Counted from the first letter of the stretch, positions 36,157-47,826 are shown. The stretch is DNA of 64,000 nucleotides from an uncultured Clostridia bacterium (GCA_944383915.1 CALWRJ010000010.1:139828-203827); one strand, 5' to 3'. The notes: generated by a model from the sequence alone, not told the origin. Program-made: numbers and translations.

Positions 36157-39100
36157 TTATTTTTCGCTGATTTTTTGCGCTAAATTGTCTAAAACCGCGA
36201 AAGTATCGCGCCAAATCTCTTTATTATTTTTCTCCCCGCTTTCGCTTTTGAGTATTACCAAATTATCGTGTTTTGATACTGTAAACTTGTTTAATTTTGC
36301 GCTAGATAAAAGAGAGTTGCTCTCTAGAGTATCGTGAAAATAAATTTCGCTCTTGCCTTTTACAATGCGAGCGCGTATCGCACTAACTATTTGGCACTTC
36401 GCTTTTAGACGCGCCACATCGATTAAACCAATAAGTGCGGTCGGCACACTTCCGTACTTGTCGTCAATCATTTTTGATACATTTTGCGCATCGGTATCGT
36501 TTGAAATATTAGCAATTAGCGAATAAACTTCCATTCGCTGTACTTTGTCCGTTATAAAGGCATCGGGGATATATGCGTCAATGTCAACTTCGATTTTGAC
36601 GGGTTCGGCTTCGCGGACAGGCTCACCTTTTAGACTTGCGATACTGCTATCCAAAATTTTGCAATACATATCGTAGCCGACTTTCTCCATTTGTCCGTGT
36701 TGCTCGGGTCCTAAAATATTGCCAGCACCCCTAATTTCGAGGTCGCGCATAGCAATCTTAAAGCCACTTCCAAGCGCAGTGTACTGCATAAGTACAGACA
36801 ATCTCTCATACGCCTGCCCTGTGAGTTTGCCTTCGTCCATATAGGTAAAATACGAGTACGCGAGCCTATCACTTCGCCCTACCCGCCCCCGCAGTTGATA
36901 AAGTTGCGAAAGCCCTAATTTTTCAGCCGACACAACAAAAAGCGTGTTTGCGTTTGGCAAATCTATTCCGTTTTCAATCAAAGTCGTTGCAACGAGCACA
37001 TCGATTTCTCCGCGGTACATCGACATCATAACATTTTCGATTAAACTTTTGTTCATTTGCCCGTGCGCGACTGCGACTCTAAAATCAGTGCCGAGTTCGG
37101 CGCGCAAACTTTGTGCGAATGCTTCGATATTCTCGACTCGCGGATAAACGACTAGGCTCTGTCCCCCGCGCGCCTTTTCCCTACGAAGCGCGGTAGCAAT
37201 TAGGTTATAACTAAACTGCGACACAATAGTTTGTACAGGCAAGCGGTCGAGCGGTGGAGTTTCGATTGTCGAAATATCGCGAATACCGACAAGCGACATA
37301 TGTAAGGTGCGTGGAATAGGGGTTGCAGTAAGAGTAAGGACGTGGATATTTTTCTTTAAATTTTTCAATTTTTCCTTATCGCCGACACCGAAGCGTTGCT
37401 CCTCGTCAAGAATTAATAGTCCTAGGTTATCAAAGCCGACATCGTTACTCAAAGCCCGATGTGTGCCGATTAGGATATTAACTTTACCTGACTTGACATC
37501 GTTTATTATCTCTTTTTGCTCTTTTGGAGTGCGGAAACGGTTTAGGCATCGAACTTCGATTCCGTAATTTTTAAGGCGGGAGTTGAAGTTGTTGAAATGC
37601 TGTTCGGCAAGAATTGTCGTAGGCACGATTACTGCGACTTGATAACCAGACATTACGGCAACGAAAGCACTACGCAACGCGACTTCGGTCTTTCCATAAC
37701 CGACATCGCCGACAATTAGCCTATCCATAATGCGTCCGCTCGCTAAATCATTATAGACATCATCAAAGGCTTTTTGCTGGTCAGGGGTTGGAGTATACGG
37801 AAAGGAATTTTCAAATTCGGCTAAAATCTCGTGGTCGACTTTCATAACAAGCCCTTTGCTTTGTTCGCGTGCACGGTATAGCGCTAAAAGGTCGAAAGCA
37901 AGTTGTTTTACGCTCTCGCGGACTCGCTGTTTTACCTTTTCAAATGCATTTCCGCCGATACTTGATAGCGTTGGGTTTTTCTCTCCGCCTATGTATCTGC
38001 CTAGCATATCCAACTGTTCGGTTGGCACATATAGGCGCGCGTTGTCTTTGTAACTAACCACGACATAGTCGCGTTTTGCGCCGTTGATTTCTAATTTTGT
38101 CACCCCTTCGCAAATACCAATTCCGTGAATTGCGTGCACGACATAATCGCCCTGCTCGGGCAAGGTATAGGCGTCAGTTGCCTTTACAAGTTTTTTGTCG
38201 AATTTTTGCTTAGGTACGATAAAACGATTTTCGCTACTGCCTAAAAATAAGATTTTTTCCTTTACAAAGCACGCACCTAGGTACAAGGGGTGGACGAATA
38301 TATTAATTCGGTTTAGGCGCGCATCGTCTAAATTTGCGATAACTACGCAAGGAAGGTATCTCCCTAGTTTATCGGCAAGGTCGCGGGCGATATTAGCGTC
38401 ACCTGCGGTCAAAATGATTTTGTAATTATTTATTATAAACTCGTTAAGTGCGCTTGCGTAATCGCTATAACTACGGGCAAGGCGCGGTAGTGGTAATGTA
38501 TCAAAGTTATGTACGCTCTCGGGTGCGAAAAATTTATTTTGCGTGAGTAAGGACTGAAAAGCAAGGCGCGGGTGCGTACTTAAATCTTTTGTAATTTCGT
38601 CAAATTCGGGCACTAAATTTTTGTGTAGCGGGCAAAGTTGTCCATTTTCGATGCCTGTTGAAACATTCTCCGCGCACGCTTTTAAGTGGCTAGATAAAGT
38701 ATCGAAAACTTGTTTTGGCTGGTCGATAACAAAGGTAAAGTTCGATAATAATTCCGCGAGTGTACTTGTATTTGTAAATGCCGAGCAAAAGTGCCACGCT
38801 TCGCGCGGGATACCTTGTTTTACTAACTCTTTTGCGTGCGAAAAAGCGTTTAAGTTTGCCATAAAATCGGCTGGAATTTTCGCCTTTTTGGAGCGATTTT
38901 GCATAGCGGAAACTTGAGCGTCTAAAATTTCAATGGCGCGCTCTTTTTCGCTTTCGTCTAAATTAAATCCGTTGGGGCAAATAGTGATATTTGGCACATT
39001 TTCGATTGAATACTGCGTCATTATATTAAAGGACGCAATTTTTTCTATTTGTGTATCAAAAAAATGGACGCGGTACGGAAGTTCGCTATTTAGGGGGAAA

Positions 39101-39612
39101 ATATCGATAACATCGCCACGGCGTGCGAACTGCCCCATTCCGTCTAGGCTGTCGACTCGTCTATAACCGATTGAAATTAGGCTTGCAAGGAGAGTTTCGG
39201 GCTCGATTTCGCTATTAATCTCTAATTTTATAGTATTTTTTAGCCAAATTTCTTTTGGGGCGGTGTGTAGTGCCAGGGCTTGCGGGGTGGCAACGATGCA
39301 GTCTACATTATTATTTATCGCGTTAAACAGCACGCGCATATTATTTAGTCCGTTACTGCCAAATTCGAGCGTATGCAGAGTAAAATCGTCCGTTGAATAG
39401 TCTAAAATTGCGGTGCGTTTGCCGAGGCTAGAAAAACCGCGTGCGATATTTTCGAGTGCGTTTGTATCGGCGGTAACGAAGCAAATCGGCGCACTAAAAA
39501 ATGACGAGAGTAGTATTCTCTCGCCTAAATTGAGTCCAAAGACGCTCGTAGGTAGCGAGCGTGTTGAGTCGATAATTTTAGGAATTTCTGTATTTAAAAA
39601 TAACTTTTGCAT
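36157..39612 (-). CDS. mfd: transcription-repair coupling factor Mfd
   Basis: 1151 aa with helicase motifs GDVGYGKTEVA, DEEQRFG and TATPIPRT. pth lies upstream. Confidence 0.95.
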   Translation of the reverse strand: MQKLFLNTEIPKIIDSTRSLPTSVFGLNLGERILLSSFFSAPICFVTADTNALENIARGFSSLGKRTAILDYSTDDFTLHTLEFGSNGLNNMRVLFNAINNNVDCIVATPQALALHTAPKEIWLKNTIKLEINSEIEPETLLASLISIGYRRVDSLDGMGQFARRGDVIDIFPLNSELPYRVHFFDTQIEKIASFNIMTQYSIENVPNITICPNGFNLDESEKERAIEILDAQVSAMQNRSKKAKIPADFMANLNAFSHAKELVKQGIPREAWHFCSAFTNTSTLAELLSNFTFVIDQPKQVFDTLSSHLKACAENVSTGIENGQLCPLHKNLVPEFDEITKDLSTHPRLAFQSLLTQNKFFAPESVHNFDTLPLPRLARSYSDYASALNEFIINNYKIILTAGDANIARDLADKLGRYLPCVVIANLDDARLNRINIFVHPLYLGACFVKEKILFLGSSENRFIVPKQKFDKKLVKATDAYTLPEQGDYVVHAIHGIGICEGVTKLEINGAKRDYVVVSYKDNARLYVPTEQLDMLGRYIGGEKNPTLSSIGGNAFEKVKQRVRESVKQLAFDLLALYRAREQSKGLVMKVDHEILAEFENSFPYTPTPDQQKAFDDVYNDLASGRIMDRLIVGDVGYGKTEVALRSAFVAVMSGYQVAVIVPTTILAEQHFNNFNSRLKNYGIEVRCLNRFRTPKEQKEIINDVKSGKVNILIGTHRALSNDVGFDNLGLLILDEEQRFGVGDKEKLKNLKKNIHVLTLTATPIPRTLHMSLVGIRDISTIETPPLDRLPVQTIVSQFSYNLIATALRREKARGGQSLVVYPRVENIEAFAQSLRAELGTDFRVAVAHGQMNKSLIENVMMSMYRGEIDVLVATTLIENGIDLPNANTLFVVSAEKLGLSQLYQLRGRVGRSDRLAYSYFTYMDEGKLTGQAYERLSVLMQYTALGSGFKIAMRDLEIRGAGNILGPEQHGQMEKVGYDMYCKILDSSIASLKGEPVREAEPVKIEVDIDAYIPDAFITDKVQRMEVYSLIANISNDTDAQNVSKMIDDKYGSVPTALIGLIDVARLKAKCQIVSAIRARIVKGKSEIYFHDTLESNSLLSSAKLNKFTVSKHDNLVILKSESGEKNNKEIWRDTFAVLDNLAQKISEK

Positions 39613-39622
39613 AAAACTCTCT

Positions 39623-40171
39623 CTATTTCGTGTCGGCTGGAAGTCCGTCCTTCATAAACTTTAAAGCATATTCTACGGCTTTGTCAATACCGACAGAAAC
39701 AGTTTGTTGAGTCCTTGGGTCCATTTTTCTTAAAACATACTCGGCTAAATCGGAGCCACGGCTCATTGAGTCTACGCCGATTCGAATGCGGTTAAAGTCG
39801 GTAGTGCCAAGGCGAGCGGTTACTGATCGGAGTCCGTTATGTGTACCAGCGGAGCCGAGCGGACGCGCGCGGACGAGCCCAGCGGTCAAGTCTACATCGT
39901 CTAGCACTACGCAGATATCGCTAGGCTTTATGTTATACTTTTTAGCGATGGCAAAGACGCAGTCCCCGCTACTATTCATAAATGTTTGCGGTTTAAGTAG
40001 TATTACTTCGTTGTCGCCGACTTCGACAATCGCCATAAGCCCGTTTTTGCGTTTTTTCTTAATCTCGACACCGTACTCCTCGGCGATTTTGTCAATTACC
40101 GCGAAGCCGACATTATGTGGCGTGTTATCAAACTCCGCCCCTGGATTCCCTAGCCCTACTAAAAGTTTCAT
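39623..40171 (-). CDS. pth: peptidyl-tRNA hydrolase
   Basis: MKLLVGLGNPG..TPHNVGF..GTHNGLRS. Start at 40171 has RBS AGGGGGA. Confidence 0.9.
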   Translation of the reverse strand: MKLLVGLGNPGAEFDNTPHNVGFAVIDKIAEEYGVEIKKKRKNGLMAIVEVGDNEVILLKPQTFMNSSGDCVFAIAKKYNIKPSDICVVLDDVDLTAGLVRARPLGSAGTHNGLRSVTARLGTTDFNRIRIGVDSMSRGSDLAEYVLRKMDPRTQQTVSVGIDKAVEYALKFMKDGLPADTK

Positions 40172-40726
40172 ATAATACATCCCCCTAATATTTATTTGTT
40201 CAAAATTTTTATAAATTAGCAATTAGCAATTAGCAATTAGCAGTTAATGTGCGCGTGCGCGCAAGCAATATATTTTTTATTTTTTGTTATTTTTTTATAT
40301 TTTTATTGATTTTTTATTCAATTTTAGGCGAAAAGATTTTTGACTTCGCAAAAAACATTTTCGCGAACAAAATAAAATATTTTTTCAAAAATTACTGCCT
40401 TAATTCCTAATTTCTAATTACTAATTATTATTTATGTCCTACGCGGACGGCGGTGCGGGCTGTCGTGTTGCTATATATCCTATAACCACTATCACTTTCG
40501 CCAGACTTTCCGTATCACCCCGTGATACTTCAAGGAGGGCGCACTCCCAATAGCGCGCAAGCGCGCGTGCGCTGCGCCGTTCGGCTTGCTTTAATTTTGA
40601 ATTTTGAATTTTGAATTTTGAATTAAGGCTGAAATTATTTAAATATAATATTAATTTTATACTCAGCCTTAACTGCTAATTGCTAATTGCTAATTGCTAA
40701 TTAAAAATTTGTTTTGCGTTGCAAAA
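40172..40726. repeat. mosaic intergenic repeat element (locus 5)
   Basis: AATTAGC x4 (40214-40244), T-rich tract, palindromes, CCTAATT-type array (40401-40427), core copy 3, TTTGAATT x4 (40603-40624), hairpin TTAAGGCTGA..TCAGCCTTAA, GCTAATT x4 (40673-40702). Confidence 0.85.
40436..40567 (+). repeat. structured core of mosaic element, copy 3 (5' part, with insertion)
   Basis: GTCC-TACGC-GGAC .. GTATCAC-CCC-GTGATAC .. GGCGCACTCCCAATAGC GCGCGC-AA-GCGCGC. Confidence 0.7.
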
Positions 40727-41572
40727 CTAATTTTTCACAATTCCCTTATTTATATAACTAAACGGCTCGATTTTGCTATTTTCGGTGATTTTGCTGTTTA
40801 TGATTACGCTATGCATAATATTGCTATTATTACCGATTGCGCTATCGATAATGGTGTTGCCGACTTGCAGAACGACATTATTCCCAATTATAGTTTTGCC
40901 TTGCAAGACATTCTGCGGATAAATTACGGTATTTTCGCCAATTATTACATCGGCATCAACGCTTGTCCAATTCGCGTCAATAAACTGCACGCCGTTTTTC
41001 AAATGGAAGTCCAAAATTCGCTTTTTCAATACCGCTTGCGCTTGTGAAAGCGTGTCCATATCGCACACCACCAAAAAGTCTTGTAGCCCTTCAAAATTCG
41101 GCTGGCTTGCGCTATAAAGCCTTTCGGCAGTACGGACATAATCAGTCCTAAAAATGTACCCGCGCTCAAATCGGCAAACATTCATTCCCCGCGATTTTAC
41201 AAAATCAAGGCAAGTTAAAAACATTTTCCGCCTAAAAAGTGGCGTATCCGCATAAAAAACTGCGGTGTAACTATGCTCCGTTAAATACGGGCGAATTGTT
41301 TCTAGCACATCGGCTTGCGGAGTCGTTTCGATTTCGAGAATCGGGCATTTATCGAAAGCGAGTGACACCCACTCGGTCATAGTCTTGCCCCAAATTTTCG
41401 TATCAAAACTTTTAGTACTGCCAGTAAAAGCAGGGTGATGAATTTTTAAAATAATAACCGCGACATCGCTATCAAGCGGTGCTTTTTGAGTGGTACGCGA
41501 CCACATAGTGTCGATTTCGTCTAGGCTGTCGCTCGTGATTTCGGTTTCATAGTCCATACTGAGAATTGACAT
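40727..41572 (-). CDS. GlmU-like protein with degenerate nucleotide-binding motif and short hexapeptide-repeat domain
   Basis: 281 aa. VAVIILKIHHPAFTGS replaces LAAGxGTRM; FYADTPLF; C-terminal left-handed beta-helix repeats (IIGENTVI..IIGNNVVL..). The C-terminal ~170 aa of canonical GlmU are missing. Confidence 0.5.
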   Translation of the reverse strand: MSILSMDYETEITSDSLDEIDTMWSRTTQKAPLDSDVAVIILKIHHPAFTGSTKSFDTKIWGKTMTEWVSLAFDKCPILEIETTPQADVLETIRPYLTEHSYTAVFYADTPLFRRKMFLTCLDFVKSRGMNVCRFERGYIFRTDYVRTAERLYSASQPNFEGLQDFLVVCDMDTLSQAQAVLKKRILDFHLKNGVQFIDANWTSVDADVIIGENTVIYPQNVLQGKTIIGNNVVLQVGNTIIDSAIGNNSNIMHSVIINSKITENSKIEPFSYINKGIVKN

Positions 41573-41988
41573 TAGGGTACTCCTTTAAATATTTATATCT
41601 TTTTTAATTGTTGCCCATCTCGTTTTAATTAGCAATTAGCAGTTAGCAATTAGCAATTAAGGCTGAAATTTATTTTATATCCTTTTTTGTTGTTTCGTTT
41701 CTCGTTTTAATTAGCAATATTACGAGCAAACGCGAATTAGCAATTAGCTGTCTAACTTGCTACACAAGAATTAGCAATTAGCAGGTAGCAATTAGCAGTT
41801 AATGTGCGCGTTCGCTACGCCTTTGGCTTGCTTTAATTTTGAATTAGGAATTTTGAATTTTGAATTAAGGCTGAAATTATTTAAATATAATATTAATTTT
41901 ATACTCAGCCTTAACTGCTAATTGCTACCTGCTAATTGCTAATTCTTGCGTAGCAAGTAAGATTCCTAATTCTCGCTTTGCGAGTATA
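41573..41988. repeat. mosaic intergenic repeat element (locus 6), includes a 48-nt inverted repeat
   Basis: Arms at 41755-41802 and 41911-41958 (47/48 complementary) flank GC box + TTTGAATT units + the TTAAGGCTGA..TCAGCCTTAA hairpin. Also carries the module AATTAAGGCTGAAATTT..TATCCTTTTTTGTTGTTTCGTTTCTCGTTT. Confidence 0.85.
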
Positions 41989-42438
41989 TTATCTTAGTTT
42001 TTTAAAAAACTGCGATAAAATTTCTCCGCATTCTTTTTCTAGCACGCCACCGATGACATTTGGTCGGTGATTAAAGCGCGGGTCGGCGGGCAGATTGTAT
42101 AATGTCCCGCAACAGCCAGCCTTTGGGTCGTACGCGCCGAAAATCACGCTACGGACTCGGGCATTAATACACGCGCCAGCGCACATAGGGCACGGCTCGA
42201 GCGTCACATAAAGGTCGCAGTCCGTCAGTCGCCAATCGCCTATTTTTTTTGCCGCCTTCGAAAGCGCCACAATCTCGGCGTGAAGGAGTGCGTTTTTGTC
42301 GCGGTGTTTCGTGTTGTGCGCGCGCGAAATTACCTTTCCGTCCCGCACTACGATTGCGCCAATCGGCACTTCGTCTTGCTCACGAGCGCGCTCGGCAACG
42401 CGCAGGGCTTCTTTCATAAACTTTGTATGCTCGTCCAT
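41989..42438 (-). CDS. tadA: tRNA adenosine(34) deaminase
   Basis: 149 aa with HAEIVAL and PCPMCAGA zinc motifs. Confidence 0.9.
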   Translation of the reverse strand: MDEHTKFMKEALRVAERAREQDEVPIGAIVVRDGKVISRAHNTKHRDKNALLHAEIVALSKAAKKIGDWRLTDCDLYVTLEPCPMCAGACINARVRSVIFGAYDPKAGCCGTLYNLPADPRFNHRPNVIGGVLEKECGEILSQFFKKLR

Positions 42439-42464
42439 TCACTCTCCTTTTGCCTAAAATTGCT

Positions 42465-43319
42465 TTACTTATTATTATAATTTAATTTTTCAAAATAAGC
42501 AAGCAAATCACCATAAACGCGCGCGGTTTTTTGCCAAATTTGTGGCAATTTATCAATATTTATAGGGTGCGTCCACTTCTCCTCGCCGACTTCGATAGTT
42601 ACTGCGGAAATTTTTAGGTTTTCGATGCACCAATCTTTGTATCCGCCAGCGCTTTTGCCAGACGGTGTAATTTTGTACCCTGTGCTGTTTGCAATAATTT
42701 TGGCGAACTTGCGGTCGCGCGCGTTCGTCTTGTGGTCTTGATAAAAATCATAGTATATGACTTCGCCTTTTGCGTGCCACGAAAGAGTAATGTCGGGCGA
42801 AATTCGTTTCGTGAAAGCAACTAGCGCTTGCGTTTCGCTCTCGCTATTTGGGCTTGAGCCTATGTAGTTTTGCGAACCAGGGCGGAGCGAGTTAAACTTC
42901 CCCGTTCCCCAGCGCGCAAAGAAGTTTACATTTAGGTCAACACCGCGCGCGTTTGCCTTCCAAAGCGAGAAATCGGCGGACTTATTTAATTCTATTAAGT
43001 TGTCTGCCTGTTCGCCTGCACTGTCTATTCCGTCTAGGCACAGCGCGACACCGTCCACATTCACGGCAGGAATAATATAAATCGTGCCTTTGCCGTGTTG
43101 CGCGTTTTCTAGTAACTGTCTTGCGTGGCGAACAGCCAAAAAATAAGTGATGTGCTCGCGCGCGTGGATTGCGTACTGTGCGATAATTTTAGCGCCACCG
43201 CAACCGATTTCGTACGCAAAAATAGGGCGGTTTAGGTATGTGCGCCCTATCTCAATTCGCTCTGCCCCCGCCCTAACAAGCATTTCATCATTTTTAAAAT
43301 ATTCATCTAAAAAACTCAC
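42465..43319 (-). CDS. M14-family zinc carboxypeptidase (gamma-D-glutamyl-diamino-acid peptidase-like)
   Basis: 284 aa with AIHAREHIT (HxxE zinc site), ..NVNF.., ..SWHAKG. Confidence 0.7.
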   Translation of the reverse strand: MSFLDEYFKNDEMLVRAGAERIEIGRTYLNRPIFAYEIGCGGAKIIAQYAIHAREHITYFLAVRHARQLLENAQHGKGTIYIIPAVNVDGVALCLDGIDSAGEQADNLIELNKSADFSLWKANARGVDLNVNFFARWGTGKFNSLRPGSQNYIGSSPNSESETQALVAFTKRISPDITLSWHAKGEVIYYDFYQDHKTNARDRKFAKIIANSTGYKITPSGKSAGGYKDWCIENLKISAVTIEVGEEKWTHPINIDKLPQIWQKTARVYGDLLAYFEKLNYNNK

Positions 43320-43339
43320 AATGATGTATATGCTTTTTT

Positions 43340-43475
43340 AAAATAATGTGTCACTTAAAAATTAGAAATTAGGAATTAGGAATTAGGAATTAGGAATTAG
43401 GAATTAAGGCTGAAATTTATTTATTTTAGGAAATAACTCCTTAACTGCTAATTGCTAATTGCTAATTGCTAATTT
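43340..43475. repeat. mosaic intergenic repeat element (locus 7)
   Basis: AATTAGA/AATTAGG x7 (43360-43409), AAGGCTGAAATTTATTTATTTTAGGAAATAACTCCTTAA, GCTAATT x4 (43446-43474). Confidence 0.85.
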
Positions 43476-43507
43476 AACAAAAAAGAGCATTTTGATGCTC
43501 TTTTTTG

Positions 43508-43509
<2 letters not shown>
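43476..43509 (-). terminator. bidirectional Rho-independent terminator at the groEL stop
   Basis: AACAAAAAAGAGCAT-TTT-GATGCTCTTTTTTGTT, overlapping the TAA of groEL. Confidence 0.8.
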
Positions 43510-45178
<1,669 letters not shown>

Positions 45179-45195
45179 TTAAACGCTTTAATAAT

Positions 45196-45483
45196 TTAGT
45201 CTTTAATTTTACCTAGCACATCTGATTGCGATAAAATTACATAGTCTTGTCCGTCAAACTTAAATTCGCTACCAGCGTACTTTGGATAAAGGACTTTGTC
45301 CCCCACCGTTACCTGCATAACGGTTGTTTTTCCGTCAACGGTATCCCCTTTGCCAACTGCGATAACTTCGGCAATTTGTGGTTTTTCTTGGCTGTTGTTT
45401 GGTAGAATTATACCGCCAGCCGTAACCGTTTCAGGTTCAATAGGTTTAATAACAATTTTGTCAAATAATGGTTCGATTTTCAT
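45196..45483 (-). CDS. groES: co-chaperonin GroES
   Basis: MKIEPLFDKIVIKP..GGIILP..; start at 45483 with RBS AGAGGTGA. Extended -10 TGGTAAAAT at 45563-45571 (minus strand). Confidence 0.95.
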   Translation of the reverse strand: MKIEPLFDKIVIKPIEPETVTAGGIILPNNSQEKPQIAEVIAVGKGDTVDGKTTVMQVTVGDKVLYPKYAGSEFKFDGQDYVILSQSDVLGKIKD

Positions 45484-45645
45484 ATTATCACCTCTATTAA
45501 TTTTGCGAGTGAGCAATTTTTATCGTGCAATAAAAACACACCCTTCGCTCGCGTGTCCCTATATTTTACCACAAATTTATAAAAATGGTACACCTTTATT
45601 CATATTTTTTTGCAATTTTTTGTAAAATTGTACATAAAATTGAGT

Positions 45646-46422
45646 ATGGAACCCAAAAAACCGTATTTCGAGGTTGAACTTCTCGGCTCAAAAAAGGCAA
45701 AACGCAGGCGAAAGTTGATTTCTATACTTTGCGGAATTTTGCTTATTGCAGTATTAATTTATATATGCATTATGTTAATTAATGTGTTTAGCGCGCCGAT
45801 ACACTCAAAAAACTATTATTATGTGTACATTGAAACGGACGCGACTAATGCAGGTGAAGCCGAGGAAGTGGCGAATGATTACCGCGTTCGTGGTGGTGCG
45901 GGCATAACAATTTTAAAAGACGATATTTGGTGCGTGGTTATGGCTTTGTATCTAAATAGTGCCGATGCCGAAAATGTAGTTACGCAGTTGACCGCGCAGA
46001 ATATTTCTGCAAAATATGATAAAATTGCTACTAACACGCCAAAATCTAGCGGTATGGATACCGAAAATGTAGACATAGTGACAAATATTTACGAGCATTA
46101 CCTCGAAACGATTGAAACATTGTACGAGTTTTCGATTGCGCTAGACGATAATTCGATGACGGAATCGAATGCCGAGTTGCGCATAAAACAGTTGTCTATT
46201 CTATGGGAACAGCGCACGCAAGATTTGGCAGATAAAATAGGAGTGAGTGCTTCAAGTACATTGAAACACCCACTCCTTGAAACCTATTCTCTTAGTCTAC
46301 AAATAACAGGGCTTCTCGAAGTCCTGGCAAACGAAAATAGTTATACGGTAAACTTAATTACCTATATGAGCCTTGTTAGGAAAACAACTTTCCAACTCGC
46401 GCAAATCTCATTTAAAAATTAG
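45646..46422 (+). CDS. membrane-anchored protein, possible SPOR-like domain
   Basis: MEPKKPYFEV.. then a TM helix. YYYVYIETDATNAGEAEEVANDYRVRGGAG..VVMALYLNSADAENV loosely fits a SPOR fold pattern. Confidence 0.4.
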   Translation: MEPKKPYFEVELLGSKKAKRRRKLISILCGILLIAVLIYICIMLINVFSAPIHSKNYYYVYIETDATNAGEAEEVANDYRVRGGAGITILKDDIWCVVMALYLNSADAENVVTQLTAQNISAKYDKIATNTPKSSGMDTENVDIVTNIYEHYLETIETLYEFSIALDDNSMTESNAELRIKQLSILWEQRTQDLADKIGVSASSTLKHPLLETYSLSLQITGLLEVLANENSYTVNLITYMSLVRKTTFQLAQISFKN

Positions 46423-46644
46423 CCTCGCTTAAATTTATGCGAAGCGTAATTTTTTTAATTTTGAATTATGAATTTTAAATTTTGAATTATTGCTGGGTAT
46501 ATTATTTTTTTAGATAATACCTTCCACAATTCCTAATTCCTAATTTGGAAGGTTTCTTTCCTTAACTGCTAATTGCTAATTCTCGCGAAGCGAGTAAGAT
46601 TGCTAATTTCTAATTCCTAATTAATTTTGGACAAAGTCCAAAAT
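46423..46644. repeat. mosaic intergenic repeat element (locus 8)
   Basis: TTTGAATT-type units, TGCTGGGTATATTA.., CCTAATT units, GCTAATT units, CTCGC-GAA-GCGAG TAAGATT, and the terminator palindrome AATTTTGGAC-AAA-GTCCAAAATT at the CPBP stop. Confidence 0.85.
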
Positions 46645-47826
46645 TTAAAGCCCCACAATAAATGAAAATATTGTTAAAAATACCATTAAAAATATGGTAA
46701 TATACATAAACAAGTTGTCGCTGGCGCGCGGTGGTTTATATTCGTCTAATTCGCTATAAATTAAAGTATTTAGGGGGCTTCCTTCGAGTTCGCGTTCAAG
46801 ATGACGAAGTGAAAGTTGCCCGCTGTCCACCTTTTGCTTTAAGTCGTTTGCGGACGCGTGGTTAAATAGATTTAGTAGTTCGAGTTCGTTCTTGAAATTG
46901 ATTTCTTTTTCCATTCCGGTGCCTTTCACCGCGTCATATAGATTTTTCTTAAAACGCTTAAATTTTGAGCGCTTGTTCTCGACAAACAATCCCGAAAGGC
47001 ACATTCCTATTAAAGATATAACAAGGCACAGCACTAAAAAGGATACTAATAGGCTTACGAAAATATTGCTGTTTGTTAAAAATGAGTTTATGCTATTAAA
47101 TAATCCCCCGCCGACCCAGTCGTACGCGGTGGCGTATTCGATATAGATTGAGCAGAGATTGACCGTTCCGTGAATAATCATTGCGGGCCAAATGCTTCGG
47201 CAAATGTATGTTGTAGCGCCGAGCACAAGTCCAACCACGAACGCGTAGCCGAATTGTTCGATATTTAAGTGCGCGAGACCGAATAGGAGCGCGGAGAGTA
47301 AAATTGCGCGTTTTAGTCCGTTATTGCGCATATTTCCAAGCATCAAGCCCCTGTGCGCTGTTTCCTCGCCAAAGCCTGGCAATAATACTGTTGAAACAAG
47401 GGTGATTAAAAAGGTTGCCCAAACGGGTAGATAAGTTACACCGCCCGAGCCCGTGCTTTGTGTGTACCCAAAAAGCGATAATAGTGTTAGCCAAAAGGAC
47501 GACACATACACAACAACGATGTACATAAGTATCCCTAGGCCGAACGCGATGAGCAACGATTTAAACGATACTTTTTTAAAGAAAAATCTGTCCGCCGTTT
47601 CTCTAAAAGATTGTTTTGCTAGCAATTTCCACAACAAAAAGGGAATGGCAACCATAGCAATTAGTTGCACAAAGAGCGAAAATAGCAAGTTATTTAACGC
47701 CACGTCTAAATTACTAAAAGCGCCCAAATTCCAAATTATGCGGAACAAGATGTACGCCAAAATTGCTACAAAATACACGAGCCCTGCGTAAAAAACGCGT
47801 TTGTTTTGAATAAATTTATTTTTCAT
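46645..47826 (-). CDS. CPBP-family intramembrane glutamic protease (CAAX protease-like)
   Basis: Motifs GFGEETAHRG, FGLAH and HGTVN. Start at 47826 forms an ATGA overlap with the upstream paralog; the track start at 47958 is unlikely. Confidence 0.7.
   Translation of the reverse strand: MKNKFIQNKRVFYAGLVYFVAILAYILFRIIWNLGAFSNLDVALNNLLFSLFVQLIAMVAIPFLLWKLLAKQSFRETADRFFFKKVSFKSLLIAFGLGILMYIVVVYVSSFWLTLLSLFGYTQSTGSGGVTYLPVWATFLITLVSTVLLPGFGEETAHRGLMLGNMRNNGLKRAILLSALLFGLAHLNIEQFGYAFVVGLVLGATTYICRSIWPAMIIHGTVNLCSIYIEYATAYDWVGGGLFNSINSFLTNSNIFVSLLVSFLVLCLVISLIGMCLSGLFVENKRSKFKRFKKNLYDAVKGTGMEKEINFKNELELLNLFNHASANDLKQKVDSGQLSLRHLERELEGSPLNTLIYSELDEYKPPRASDNLFMYITIFLMVFLTIFSFIVGL

Noticed and set aside
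40200-40726. The short tandem repeat arrays (GCTAATT, CCTAATT, TTTGAATT) as CRISPR arrays.
   Set aside because: The repeat period is 7-8 nt with no unique spacers, the arrays are only 3-7 units long, no cas genes are in the window, and the same units occur in both orientations at many loci.
45484-45609. CIRCE/HrcA operator upstream of groES.
   Set aside because: Only a poor half-site-like GCGAGTGAGCAA is present. The inverted repeat TTAGCACTC-N9-GAGTGCTAA cannot be found on either strand.
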